NCBI GenBank assembly: GCA_015064945.1
Contig: SVRF01000002.1
Coordinates: 10,224 to 74,223, forward strand
Source of the DNA: Oscillospiraceae bacterium
Lineage (GTDB): Bacteria > Bacillota > Clostridia > Oscillospirales > CAG-382
DNA: 64,000 nucleotides
Direction: 5' to 3'
This document shows positions 1-9,576 of this stretch, piece by piece. The notes under the pieces were generated by a model. The model was not told the DNA's origin. It worked only from the letters and a program-made list of their open reading frames with translations, and did no database searches. The stretch's first letter is position 1; every line of letters starts with the position of its first letter. The translations under genes and the position numbers were made by a program.

Positions 1-449
1 CTGCAGGCTGGAAGTTTGCGGAATATGAAATGAAGGGCGTTCCCCTTAGAATAGAGCTTGGCCCCCGTGATATTGAAAACGGTCAGTGCGTGGTTTGTCT
101 GCGTGTTAACGGTGAGAAGATATCCCTGCCCCTTGAAGGTATTGAGGACGCTATTGAACAGAAGCTTAGTGAAGTAACCGAGCTTATGTTTGCAAAAGCC
201 CTTGAAAACAGAGAAAAGAAGACCTACACCTGCCACAGCACCGACGAAATTGTTAAGTGCCTTGAAGAAAACGGTGACGGTTTTGTTAAGGCCATGTGGT
301 GCGGCGACGAGGCTTGTGAGGACGCTGTTAAGGAAAAGACCGGCGTTTGCAGCCGTTGCATCCCCTTCGAGGGTGAAGCTGTGGATACCAAGTGTGTTTG
401 CTGCGGTAAGGAAGCAAAGCACTTGCTTTACTGGGGCAAAGCGTATTAA
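1..449 (+). CDS. proS: Prolyl-tRNA synthetase, C-terminal fragment (5' end lies outside the window)
   Basis: In frame from nt 3: AGWKFAEYEMKGVPLRIELGPRD..., ending in the Cys-rich tail CVCCGKEAKHLLYWGKAY. This is typical of archaeal/Firmicute-type class II ProRS. Confidence 0.85.
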   Translation, partial: AGWKFAEYEMKGVPLRIELGPRDIENGQCVVCLRVNGEKISLPLEGIEDAIEQKLSEVTELMFAKALENREKKTYTCHSTDEIVKCLEENGDGFVKAMWCGDEACEDAVKEKTGVCSRCIPFEGEAVDTKCVCCGKEAKHLLYWGKAY

Positions 450-451
450 AA

Positions 452-535
452 TCCCCATAGCTCGCTTCGCTCGCAAGTGAAGAGGTAGAAGTGAAGAGTG
501 AAAAGGTAAGGAAATTTTTCGGCAAGCCGAAAAAA
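452..535 (+). repeat. Family-2 intergenic repeat, short divergent copy (degenerate head plus T/A-clamped hairpin)
   Basis: CCCCATAGCTCGCTTCGCTCGCAAG starts 3 nt after the proS TAA and resembles the CCCCATTGCTCGCTTTGCTCGCAACGGGG module at rc 926-893. It ends in the hairpin TTTTTCGGC-aa-GCCGAAAAA (515-535). Confidence 0.4.
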
Positions 536-556
536 GTATTTGTATTTGATAAAACC

Positions 557-796
557 TTGTAATTTATCGTAGGGCGGGGGTTTACTCCCACCGAAACGCA
601 ACAAATCATAAAAGCCTAAAATCTACGCATCAACGTAACAAATGGCACCGGTAGGGGGCGGCGCCTCGACGCCCCGAAACACAACATCAAAATATAACGC
701 AACGGCAGGAGATGCACATTTATCGCAAATCCTGCCGTTTCTTCTTTTTATTACGTAACGGCGGGAGTAGAACCCCCGCCCTACGATAAATTACAA
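557..796. repeat. Family-1 REP/BIME-like composite palindromic element, copy A (reverse orientation relative to copies B and E)
   Basis: Terminal inverted repeats of about 37 bp: TTGTAATTTATCGTAGGGCGGGGGTTTACTCCCACCG (557-593) and its reverse complement at 759-796. GTAG hairpins: type 1 at 569-593 and rc 784-759, type 2 at 651-675. Internal hairpin at 702-738. Alignable by eye to 33496-33709 and 55474-55687. Confidence 0.8.
702..738. terminator. Terminator-shaped hairpin carried inside family-1 copy A (A-rich / stem / T-rich)
   Basis: ACGGCAGGA...TCCTGCCGT forms a 9-bp stem. It is preceded by an A-rich tract and followed by TTCTTCTTTTT. It lies between convergent proS and the esterase gene. 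Confidence 0.4.
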
Positions 797-818
797 CGCT
801 TAATATAATACTTCCATA

Positions 819-1000
819 TTTTTTGCGGACAGGTGCCGCAAAAAATACACCTTAGTTTCCGCAAGTGCCGATTTTAATCGGCGCGCATCTACGGGGTCCC
901 CGTTGCGAGCAAAGCGAGCAATGGGGTGTTTCAAGAGCGAACGGAAATGGTGCTTTATTTTCTTTGGGGTCCCCGTCACGAATGAAATGAGTGATGGGGT
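819..1000 (-). repeat. Family-2 intergenic repeat, long copy with two head modules
   Basis: The reverse complement aligns by eye with 35759-35895. Head modules lie at rc 999-966 (CCCCATCAC...GTGACGGGGACCCC) and rc 926-893 (CCCCATTGC...GCAACGGGGACCCC). The tail hairpin is TTTTTTGCGG-acaggtg-CCGCAAAAAA at 819-846. Confidence 0.75.
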
Positions 1001-1002
1001 AA

Positions 1003-1024
1003 TTTTTTCGGCAGATGCCGAAAA
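1003..1024. repeat. T/A-clamped hairpin (TTTTTTCGGCA-ga-TGCCGAAAA)
   Basis: Perfect inverted repeat of the same design as the hairpins at 515-535, 819-846 and 35869-35895. Confidence 0.6.
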
Positions 1025-1053
1025 GCCTTTTTGATTATTGTGTTAAATACTTA

Positions 1054-2334
1054 TTACTGTTTTTTACCCTTCTTTTTGGTGGCAATAATACCAACAACAG
1101 TACCGAGAATTGCGGCAACACCTGCAACTATACCTATCTTTGCAGGAGTGGAAAGACCGCCCTGCTTTTCCTCTGTCTTGTTTTCGGCGGCAGAGCTTTC
1201 CTCGGTGCTTACCTCTTCCTTTACGAAAACAGCGTTGATCTCCGTATCGCCCTCAACCACGCACTCGTAATAAACCGCACCGCTGTCGTCGGTGATAAAC
1301 TCCACTTCTTCCCCGTTAACGAAAAGGCTTTCGGGAATGAAACCTTCGGAGGGCTCGAACTCCACCTTAAACTCGTCACCCTTGCGGAAGCTTTCCACGC
1401 TTTCAAGAAGCTCGTCACCCTCGGTAGTCAGAACCTTTACCTGATAGTTGCGGCAGTCATCAAACAGCCACTGGAGCAGATAGGGGTCTTTAACCTCATC
1501 CATAGCAGGACGCCATGCGTTGTGCCCCTTGCCCGTAAACTCGGTATACTTAACGTCTGCGCCCACGTTCTCCAAGGCGGCAACCATATCACGGGTGCCC
1601 TGAACGGGAACGGATGCATCGTTATCGCTGTGGAAGGTCCAAATTTTAAGGTCCTTTATGGCTTCTGCCTTGGTGGGGTCACCGCTGCCGCAGATGGGGA
1701 AGATGGCATTGAACAGCTCGGGGTGGCGCACCGCCAAATCCCAAGTGCCGTAGCCGCCCATAGATATACCACCAAGCATTACATTGGATTTATCTATGTT
1801 GTCGGCATCCAAGGTCTTTAAAATAAGCTCGTATACTGCATTAAGTTGAGGGGACATAGGCACATCCTCGGCATCGTAAGAGCCTTGCGCCCAAGGACTT
1901 TCCACCCACTGGGCACCCTCGGCACACTGAGGAGCGATTATAACGTAGGGAATATGCCCGAAGGCTTCGATAGCGCTGTCGGAAACCATATAGTTGACCG
2001 TGGCAACCTGGTCGCTTATCTGCTTGATGTTGTCGTTACCTCTGCCGCCGCTTCCGTGAAGGAATACGAACAGCATAGCGCCGTTTTCCTTATCCTCCGC
2101 ATCATAAGCGGGGGAATAATAAATGCGGTAGGGCAGATTTACGCCGTCGGAGCTTTCAAAGGTTTTTGCTTCCATCCTGTCCAGCACCTCGTTAGGAAGG
2201 GCAAAAACAACATTAGAGTAGTCAACAGCGTTGTTTTTAACCGTCTCAGAGCTTTCGGTTGCGGCGGCACTGATGCCTGTAATTACCGCACCTGCAAGTG
2301 CGCCTAAAGCGATAAGCTTAAAAACTGTCTTCAT
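1054..2334 (-). CDS. Secreted alpha/beta-hydrolase (esterase/peptidase type) with a C-terminal membrane anchor
   Basis: Signal peptide MKTVFKLIALGALAGA. HGSGG oxyanion motif, nucleophile elbow GISMGG, then Asp (HSDNDASVP) and His (GKGHNAW). A beta-rich domain is followed by a hydrophobic helix and KKKGKKQ. Confidence 0.7.
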   Translation of the reverse strand: MKTVFKLIALGALAGAVITGISAAATESSETVKNNAVDYSNVVFALPNEVLDRMEAKTFESSDGVNLPYRIYYSPAYDAEDKENGAMLFVFLHGSGGRGNDNIKQISDQVATVNYMVSDSAIEAFGHIPYVIIAPQCAEGAQWVESPWAQGSYDAEDVPMSPQLNAVYELILKTLDADNIDKSNVMLGGISMGGYGTWDLAVRHPELFNAIFPICGSGDPTKAEAIKDLKIWTFHSDNDASVPVQGTRDMVAALENVGADVKYTEFTGKGHNAWRPAMDEVKDPYLLQWLFDDCRNYQVKVLTTEGDELLESVESFRKGDEFKVEFEPSEGFIPESLFVNGEEVEFITDDSGAVYYECVVEGDTEINAVFVKEEVSTEESSAAENKTEEKQGGLSTPAKIGIVAGVAAILGTVVGIIATKKKGKKQ

Positions 2335-2348
2335 AAGAAAAATCCTCC

Positions 2349-5300
2349 TTATAATTCTGCGGGGTCGCCGCAGTCGATGGCTTTGCCTAAAGCAAAGGAA
2401 TATATATATGCTTTTGTAACCTTTTTACCCGTAACTTTTTCAATGTATAAGCGGTACAGCCCCAACTGAACACCGTGGCGTGCCACAAGCAAAGACTCCT
2501 CACCGCTACGCACAGCATCGGACTTGTAATCCACAAGTGTAAAGCCACCCTCGGCGTTTTGGTAGAAGCAGTCGATAACGCCCTGTAACAGCGGCGCATC
2601 CTCGCCCTGCCCTGCAAACAAATGAGAGGGCACACGGGTAGTAAAGCGCTTTTCCCTGTAAAGCCGCGGAGATACCTTCATCTCTGTGTACAAATCGGAC
2701 TTAAAGAACAAAGCTATGGCATCCGTATCCATAAGCGCCCGTTGGTCGGCAGTAACAAAGCCTGCTTGAAGGAGCCTGTCCGCCTCGGCACTTACGTCAA
2801 CCTCTGCCTTCTTAAAGTCCGCAAACTGCATAAACAAATGGTTTGCCGTACCTATAAGTGCGGCGCCGGGTGCCGTAGTTGTACCGAACAGGGGCACTCT
2901 TTCCGTGACTAAGGCTTCCGCACGGGGAACAAGTGCGCCTTTTTCGTCACGCCGCAAAACAGAAGCGGAAAACTTTGCCGCCGCCCGCTGTGCCGCATCG
3001 GGCATAGAGGGTATAACAGGCAAGGGGAGCTCCTCTTCCTCTTTTGCCGTCATAATAAGCCGTGGGATAACTGCTTCCTCCGCCGTAGAAACATCTTTTA
3101 CCTCTGTATTATAAAACATTTCTTTGCCCATTGCAACAGCGGATATAAACAAATCTGCATAAGTGCCCTGTTTTTCTTGAAATATTCGTTCCTCCAAACT
3201 TTGGGAGAAGGATGCGGAGATATAAAGCTTCTCCTCCGCGCGGGTGAAGGCCACGTAAAGTATGCGCATCTCTTCCGCCATACAGCGCCTGTCCTCCGCC
3301 GCAAGCTCTGCACGCCTCAAGAGTGTGTTTATGCAAAGCGCCTCTTTTTGCCGCTTTAGCTTAAGGCTTATGCCGCTTTTGTAATCCACGGTTATGGGAG
3401 CGGCACGGTCAGCTCCCCTCATAGTACTGCCGCAATCCGCCACAAACACCACGGGAAACTCCAAGCCCTTGGAGCCGTGGACCGTCATAAGCTGTACCCC
3501 CTCTGCGGCGGAGCTTTTTTCTGCCGCAGGACTGCTGCCTACATCCGCAAGTCGGCTTAGATAGTCGGTAAACACGCTTACGCCCTTGTAACCCGTGTTT
3601 TCCATACCCATGGCAAGACGATAGAAGGCAAGCAGGTTTGCTTTGTAGCGTTGTTCCTTGCCCTTGGGTGCAAAGGCCATAATATTGCTTTGCTGATACA
3701 CCAGCCACAACAGCTTATGGACAGGCAAGAACAGCGCCTTTGTGCGGTAGGCGGCAATAGTCTGCAAAAAAGCTTTGCATTTTTCGCTAAGTTCAGTACT
3801 GCTGCCTTTTTTAATAAGGGGCTTTGTCTTTGGTTTTCGGTACGCCATAGGATAGGGTCTCAGCCTGAACACCCCACACTTTTGCCTTTCGCCCATTGCG
3901 GCGTGGCGCAGGTCATCAAAGAGGGATACACCGCCGCGGCGTATCTCCAACAGCTCTGCGGCTGTGAAGGCAAAAATAGGGCTTCTGAGCAACGCCGCCA
4001 AGGAGATGTCGTCCGTAGGGTTATCTATAACACGCAAAGCGGAGATAGCAAGAAGCACCTCCGGCTGTTTTAACAGCTCCTCCTTGCCTACTGTAAGGTT
4101 TGTTGGCACGCCGTAGGCGGAAAGTGCGGTTGCGTAACGGCGAAGCGCTGTAGCCTTACGGCACAGCACCGCTATGTCCGAGGGCTTTTTGCCCTCCTTT
4201 ATAAGCTTTATTATCTCACGGACGGTACCCAGAACCTCTGCCCTGTCATCCTCTGCATTTTCGTAAACCTTAAGGCTTACCTTTTCGCCGCCGTCATCGT
4301 TTTTACCGTGGACAAGCGCCTCAGCGCTGTAGTCGGTGCCTGCGGACTCCTTAGTGTAGACCTTGCCGAATAAATAATTACAAAAATCTATAATATTGCC
4401 GTTGCAACGGAAGTTTTCCTTTAACAGCACCTTAAGCCCTGCGCCCTCTCCGTCCTCGCTGTAGCTGTCGCAATAGGAAACGAACAGGTCGGGATAAGCG
4501 TTGCGGAAGCCGTAAATGCTTTGCTTTACATCCCCTACCATAAAGCGCTTGCCGCCGCCGATAAGGGCAAATATCGTATCCTGCAAGGGGCTTATGTCCT
4601 GATACTCGTCAACAAACACCTCTTTGTAAGCGGCGGAGAGCTCCTTGCAAAGGGAGGTTTTAACAAGCCCTTCCTTGGTTTTGGTAACAAGCAAATCTAA
4701 AAAGCATTGCTCGCCGTCGGCAAAATCTATAATCCCACGGCTGCGCTTTTCGGCAGAGTAAGCGTCATCCAGCTTAAGCATAAATCCACAGAGTGCTTGC
4801 AGAACCTGATGGGTCATTTCGTATTCCGCCCTCAGCTCCTCCTCAGTGCGCAGGTAGTCCTTAAGCTTTTTGCGGCGGTCGGTAATATCCGTGTAGATCT
4901 TAACGTATACCTCGCCGCAACCCTTGGGGCGCCTTAATGCGGGACTTGCGGCAACAGCGGCGCAAAACTGACTGTAGCCTGCTTCTGCCCCCTCTGTTAT
5001 GGACAGTATTGCCTCACGAACCTTCTCTGCAAACGCAAACTGCGCCTCGTCTTCTGCCAAATCGCAAAGAGTATCACACCACGCCTTAAGGGGACGGGTC
5101 TCTTCCTTTATACAGTCCTTAACCAATGCCCCGTGAGGAAGAGAGAAAAATTCCGTATAACTGAACGACTCGCTTTCCTTGCCGTAAGCTTTTACGGTCT
5201 CCTCTATCCAATCCCGATAGAAGGGGTAGGCACGCATCTTGCCGTAAAGCTGTACCGCGGCGGAAAGGAGGCCGTCGTCGCTTTTATGACTTGCAAAGTT

Positions 5301-5783
5301 ATCCAACAGCAGATCGGCGGCGGGGTCGTCTTCATCACACATAGCGTTAAGCACCGACTCGGCACTGTCCCAAAGTAAGGCGGCGCACAGCGCCTCGTCC
5401 CCTACGGTGGTGCCGTTAAGCCCCAGCACCGTAGCGTACTGCTTTACATATTGCAGGCAAAAGCTGTCTATTGTGCCGATGTCTGCGGCAGGCAGTGCAT
5501 AAAGCTGACGTAAATACCGCTTGTTACCGCCGTCGGCGGCGCAGAGTGCGTCCAGCCGCCGCGACAGCTTTGCCTTGAGGTCTGCCGCCGCAGAGTTTGT
5601 AAAGGTTGCCACAAGAAAATCCTTTAGCTCTGCACCTTTTTCTATTTTTTCTATAAGCCTGTTGGTAAGCACCGTGGTCTTGCCGCTGCCTGCACCTGCA
5701 GACACAAGCATATCGCCGCCCGTGCTGTATATGGCTTTCGTTTGCGCTTCTGTAAACTTCATATTTGTCGCTCGCTTTCTCAA
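2349..5783 (-). CDS. addA: ATP-dependent helicase/nuclease subunit A (AddA)
   Basis: UvrD-type Walker A AGAGSGKTTVL and the DEYQD motif; 1144 aa; directly downstream of addB. The ORF-track start is TTG, and the ATG at 5762 (MKFTEAQ) is an alternative start. Confidence 0.85.
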   Translation of the reverse strand: MRKRATNMKFTEAQTKAIYSTGGDMLVSAGAGSGKTTVLTNRLIEKIEKGAELKDFLVATFTNSAAADLKAKLSRRLDALCAADGGNKRYLRQLYALPAADIGTIDSFCLQYVKQYATVLGLNGTTVGDEALCAALLWDSAESVLNAMCDEDDPAADLLLDNFASHKSDDGLLSAAVQLYGKMRAYPFYRDWIEETVKAYGKESESFSYTEFFSLPHGALVKDCIKEETRPLKAWCDTLCDLAEDEAQFAFAEKVREAILSITEGAEAGYSQFCAAVAASPALRRPKGCGEVYVKIYTDITDRRKKLKDYLRTEEELRAEYEMTHQVLQALCGFMLKLDDAYSAEKRSRGIIDFADGEQCFLDLLVTKTKEGLVKTSLCKELSAAYKEVFVDEYQDISPLQDTIFALIGGGKRFMVGDVKQSIYGFRNAYPDLFVSYCDSYSEDGEGAGLKVLLKENFRCNGNIIDFCNYLFGKVYTKESAGTDYSAEALVHGKNDDGGEKVSLKVYENAEDDRAEVLGTVREIIKLIKEGKKPSDIAVLCRKATALRRYATALSAYGVPTNLTVGKEELLKQPEVLLAISALRVIDNPTDDISLAALLRSPIFAFTAAELLEIRRGGVSLFDDLRHAAMGERQKCGVFRLRPYPMAYRKPKTKPLIKKGSSTELSEKCKAFLQTIAAYRTKALFLPVHKLLWLVYQQSNIMAFAPKGKEQRYKANLLAFYRLAMGMENTGYKGVSVFTDYLSRLADVGSSPAAEKSSAAEGVQLMTVHGSKGLEFPVVFVADCGSTMRGADRAAPITVDYKSGISLKLKRQKEALCINTLLRRAELAAEDRRCMAEEMRILYVAFTRAEEKLYISASFSQSLEERIFQEKQGTYADLFISAVAMGKEMFYNTEVKDVSTAEEAVIPRLIMTAKEEEELPLPVIPSMPDAAQRAAAKFSASVLRRDEKGALVPRAEALVTERVPLFGTTTAPGAALIGTANHLFMQFADFKKAEVDVSAEADRLLQAGFVTADQRALMDTDAIALFFKSDLYTEMKVSPRLYREKRFTTRVPSHLFAGQGEDAPLLQGVIDCFYQNAEGGFTLVDYKSDAVRSGEESLLVARHGVQLGLYRLYIEKVTGKKVTKAYIYSFALGKAIDCGDPAEL

Positions 5784-5786
5784 AAA

Positions 5787-8700
5787 TCAGCGAAAACGCC
5801 CGGTTTCTCTTTCCTGTCTGCACACCTCGCCGTAAGGACAGTATGTGCAGTCAATTTGCTCTTTTTTAAAGGGGCGCACACCCATATCGCCATCTATAAT
5901 TTTGTCGGCGGTCTCCTTTATATGGCAAAAGACCTTTTCCCTGAAGCAGTCAAAGTCTTCCGCACCGTACGCTCTTGCGCCCACGGCACCCTTTTTGCCA
6001 CGGTCGTCCATAGCGGCAAGGACCGCTCCGTCATCTATAACCACACCCTTTTGGGTGCCCATTTTGCCGTCTTCCGGCAGTTCAAAGCTACGGTACAGCA
6101 CACCTGCAGGCAAGGCGCCCTTACTGTCCGCATCGCAATAGGTGTAAAGATATGAAAGCATCTGTATGCCCTCTCCACGCTCTATCATTGCAGGGGTAAC
6201 GGTCTTTTTACTGCTTTTGTAGTCCACCACACGGACGTATCTTTTGCCGTCCACCACGGCGCTGTCCACACGGTCGATAAAGCCACGGGTCTCCACCCGT
6301 CTGCCCTTGGGGCTTACAAGCACCGTAGGGGCTATACCGCCGTTGCCGATCTCCACCTCAAAGCCCTCCGGCGTGAATTTGCTGTGGCAAAACTCGTCAC
6401 ACAAGCTCTCACACACATAAACGGCAACATTTTTAAGTCGGTCGATGTGCTTAAGCAGTCTTTTGCTTGGCTTTTGAGGGATGACCGCCTTTATGTATTC
6501 CTCGGTTATGGCATCTATCTCCGCCAGCGTTTCCCCACGGTCAGCAGGCACAAAGCTGCCGCTTTCCATACGCTTTGACATATACTCCTCCATAATACGG
6601 TGCATATATGTGCCCGTATCCATAGCGGAAAAGCGTATTTTGCGGTCGTCACGCAGTTTCAGCTCGTAGGCAAGCAGATAGTTAAAACCGCAATTGTTGT
6701 AGCAGTCTATGCGGCTGTAGGAAAGTCTTATGCGCTGTACGCCCTTCTCCTTTACGTATGCATCTGCATCCTGCAAAGGGGGTAAGGTGCTTTCCTTTGT
6801 TCCCAAATGTGCCCTAAGTCTTTCGGCAAGCTTTTGGTTTTTGATGTATGGAAGCTGTTCCTCCGCCGCCTTGGTACAGAACAGATAGTCACGCTCGTCC
6901 TCCCCAAAGAGCCTTACGGGGTTATGGGGGAACATAGCACTAAGGACGGTAAAGGCGGGGGACGGTCTGCCGCCGTCACCGCTTATATAGCTTACGGAAA
7001 GATATTCCGAGGGTGCGGATACGCACACATAGAAGAAAAAGCGCTCTTGGTCTATGGCTTTATCCACAGGGGGAAGCAGTTCTATTCCCTGCTCCTCAAG
7101 CAGGGCGCTTTCTTTGCTGTTAAATATGCCGCTTTTCTTGGGTAGGGAGGGAAACTCACCCTCGTTGACTCCTAAGATAAGCATTGCCCTTATGCCGTCA
7201 CTACGCATAAGTCGTGCGTCACCCACGCTTACCGCATCCGTATAGGAAGGGATAGCACCTATATCGCTGTTTTCCAGCATAGCGGAAACAAGCTGTCCCA
7301 GCTGTTCCACGCTGACGGGCATATCCCCTGCAAGGTCATAAAGCCGCTCTAATATATCAATAGTAACGCCCCACAAGGCGGCGGTCTTTGCACCGCCGTC
7401 GCTGTCGCCCATAGCCGTAAGAGTCTCGGCTGACTTGGCAAGCTTTGCGGCAACGCCGCAGTCCTCCAAATGGGCGTATATCAACTTCACCCCTTTGGCA
7501 ACCGTAAGGCCGGGGGCTCTAAGGGCTTCCACGGTAGGCGCAAGGGATGCGGCAAATGCCGCCTTTGCCTTGTTTATGCGCCTTAGCAAGGCTTCGTCCT
7601 TGGGGTTGAAGCTCTCCCTATAGCCGGAAGGGTTCATAAGCCAAGGAGCTTCCGTAAGCCACGCCTTGCCGTTTATTCGCCAGCTTTCTCCGTAATGCAA
7701 CAGCTCGTCCGCCTGTCTTTCACTAAGTACGGAAAAACTGCTTTTTAGGTACTTTTTTACTGCCCAAAGAGGCGTTTTCTCCGCCGCCATATCCAAAAGC
7801 CCCATTATAAAGGCACCGAGGGGCTTCGTTGCGGCAGAGTCTTTAAGGGCAAAATAGAAGGGTATGCCGTATTTTTCCAACACCGCATCAAGTATTCCGC
7901 TGTAGCTTTGGGGGTGACGGCAGGCTATGGCTATACTGCCGTAATCATAGCCCTTGGCACGCAGAGCATATATCTCCGCCGCCGCACGCAGGGACTCCTC
8001 ATATCGGTCGGCGCAGGCGGCAAGGGAGATGCTTTCCGCAGCTTTGGGATACGGGTCGGCGTTTTGCCATAAATTTGCCTCGGCAAAACGAAGGGCGGCG
8101 TCCTTACTGCGGTAGTTTTCCCTTAAGAAAACGTCGCGCACGGCACCGTGGCACAGCTTTTTTATCTTTTCGGCACAGCTTAACGTGTCGCCGAAGATAC
8201 CGCTTTCGTCCTCGTCTGCCAAAAAGCTTATGTATATATCATCGGAGCTTTCCGCCATCAACTCTATTATCTCATACTGGGTGGGGGTAAAGGTGTAAAT
8301 ACCGTCTATGAACACGCTTATACCTTTAAAAAAGGCTTTATCTTTTAATGCGGCGGCAAGACGGATAAGCCCATCGTTATCATCGGTTTTATCCTTGCCC
8401 AACAGTTGCCCGTACTTTTCGTATATAAGCGCCGTCTCTTTAAGCTTTTGCTTTATACTGCTGTCACTGCCACCCTTTATGTTCTTCTCGGCGGCGGACA
8501 GTGCCACAGGGCTTACCCCAAGGCGTTTTAGGGCGCTTACGGTAGCAACAAGCTCAGCAAGGACTTCTCCACGTGGGGATCTGTAAAGGCTTAGGCTGTC
8601 ACCAAGCTCCCTTGCGGCACGGCTTATAAGCACTGTTTTACCAAGCCCGTCCACGCTTTGGGTAACAAGACCGCCGATGCGGCGGAAGATGTGGTTTGGC

Positions 8701-8894
8701 AGTCTTTCAAAATTCAAGACCTCGGTGCCGAGGGCGGTAGCGCCGCTGTTTTCCAAAAGCAGTTCCGTATCTACGCTTTGCTGTTCGGGCACCAAAAAAA
8801 GACAGTCTGCCCCCGCAGACTGTTTTTCCTTTAAACAAGTTATAAGATATTCGGTTTTGCCGCTGCCTGAGCGTCCAAAAATTCTGTGGAGCAT
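5787..8894 (-). CDS. addB: ATP-dependent helicase/nuclease subunit B (AddB)
   Basis: N-terminal GRSGSGKTEY. The C-terminal nuclease domain ends in the Cys cluster CTYCPYGEVC, typical of the AddB Fe-S domain. Paired with addA. Confidence 0.85.
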   Translation of the reverse strand: MLHRIFGRSGSGKTEYLITCLKEKQSAGADCLFLVPEQQSVDTELLLENSGATALGTEVLNFERLPNHIFRRIGGLVTQSVDGLGKTVLISRAARELGDSLSLYRSPRGEVLAELVATVSALKRLGVSPVALSAAEKNIKGGSDSSIKQKLKETALIYEKYGQLLGKDKTDDNDGLIRLAAALKDKAFFKGISVFIDGIYTFTPTQYEIIELMAESSDDIYISFLADEDESGIFGDTLSCAEKIKKLCHGAVRDVFLRENYRSKDAALRFAEANLWQNADPYPKAAESISLAACADRYEESLRAAAEIYALRAKGYDYGSIAIACRHPQSYSGILDAVLEKYGIPFYFALKDSAATKPLGAFIMGLLDMAAEKTPLWAVKKYLKSSFSVLSERQADELLHYGESWRINGKAWLTEAPWLMNPSGYRESFNPKDEALLRRINKAKAAFAASLAPTVEALRAPGLTVAKGVKLIYAHLEDCGVAAKLAKSAETLTAMGDSDGGAKTAALWGVTIDILERLYDLAGDMPVSVEQLGQLVSAMLENSDIGAIPSYTDAVSVGDARLMRSDGIRAMLILGVNEGEFPSLPKKSGIFNSKESALLEEQGIELLPPVDKAIDQERFFFYVCVSAPSEYLSVSYISGDGGRPSPAFTVLSAMFPHNPVRLFGEDERDYLFCTKAAEEQLPYIKNQKLAERLRAHLGTKESTLPPLQDADAYVKEKGVQRIRLSYSRIDCYNNCGFNYLLAYELKLRDDRKIRFSAMDTGTYMHRIMEEYMSKRMESGSFVPADRGETLAEIDAITEEYIKAVIPQKPSKRLLKHIDRLKNVAVYVCESLCDEFCHSKFTPEGFEVEIGNGGIAPTVLVSPKGRRVETRGFIDRVDSAVVDGKRYVRVVDYKSSKKTVTPAMIERGEGIQMLSYLYTYCDADSKGALPAGVLYRSFELPEDGKMGTQKGVVIDDGAVLAAMDDRGKKGAVGARAYGAEDFDCFREKVFCHIKETADKIIDGDMGVRPFKKEQIDCTYCPYGEVCRQERETGRFR

Positions 8895-8895
8895 T

Positions 8896-9492
8896 TTAAC
8901 CTCCGAATAACAGCTCTAAAAGCTTAAATTTAAACTTATAACGGGGTGCGTTGTTCTTAAACACACGGACAGAGCCATCCCCCAGTCCTGCGGCGCTTAG
9001 CCCTTCTGCCGCCGCACTGCCGCCGCACAGAGGCGGAAACAGCACGCACCACCAATTCTCGCCTTCTCCCGTGCCAAGGACTATCCTGAGAGAGCGATAA
9101 CTGCCTGCTGGCAGGCTTATCTCCCCGTAGTTGCGGACGGGGTACTGCTCTACCCCGTAGCGCAGGCTTGCACGGTAGGGCATATCCTCCTCCGCAAGGA
9201 CACGGTTTGCCACCGCCACCGCCTGTTTTGCGGCGGCAAGGCTGTTTGCTTCCGCATCCTTAAGACTTTGTGCGCCCTCAAACACCCCTGCTTCCAGAAT
9301 AGCGTCGCGCACCTTAAGCTTTACGGCTTGGTCGGCGTCGCTGTTGGAGTTTGCAAGAATGTGCAGTCTTATAAGGCTGTTGTAGACCTGCGCTTCGTCG
9401 CCTATAAGCACAAGGTCGCAAAAAAGCACCAAGACAAGGCACAAAGCAAGGCATAAACATACGGATTTTAAAGTCAGCTTATTTTTTGTCAT
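8896..9492 (-). CDS. spoIIR: Stage II sporulation protein R
   Basis: Signal-anchor N-terminus, then LIRLHILANSNSDADQAVKLKVRDAIL and WWCVLFPPLC, which are characteristic SpoIIR motifs. Confidence 0.8.
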   Translation of the reverse strand: MTKNKLTLKSVCLCLALCLVLVLFCDLVLIGDEAQVYNSLIRLHILANSNSDADQAVKLKVRDAILEAGVFEGAQSLKDAEANSLAAAKQAVAVANRVLAEEDMPYRASLRYGVEQYPVRNYGEISLPAGSYRSLRIVLGTGEGENWWCVLFPPLCGGSAAAEGLSAAGLGDGSVRVFKNNAPRYKFKFKLLELLFGG

Positions 9493-9576
9493 ATCCCACT
9501 GATGCGGGGGTATGTTTTATGTATTTTATCTCCCCGCCCTCCTACATTAAGTAGTTTTGACAGGGTTTTGCCTGTT

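Noticed and set aside
9493-9576. Sigma-F-type promoter upstream of spoIIR
   Set aside because: A GGAGATAAAA-like -10 element can be read on the minus strand, but I could not find a convincing -35 (GCATA/GTATA) at the right spacing. I left it unannotated.
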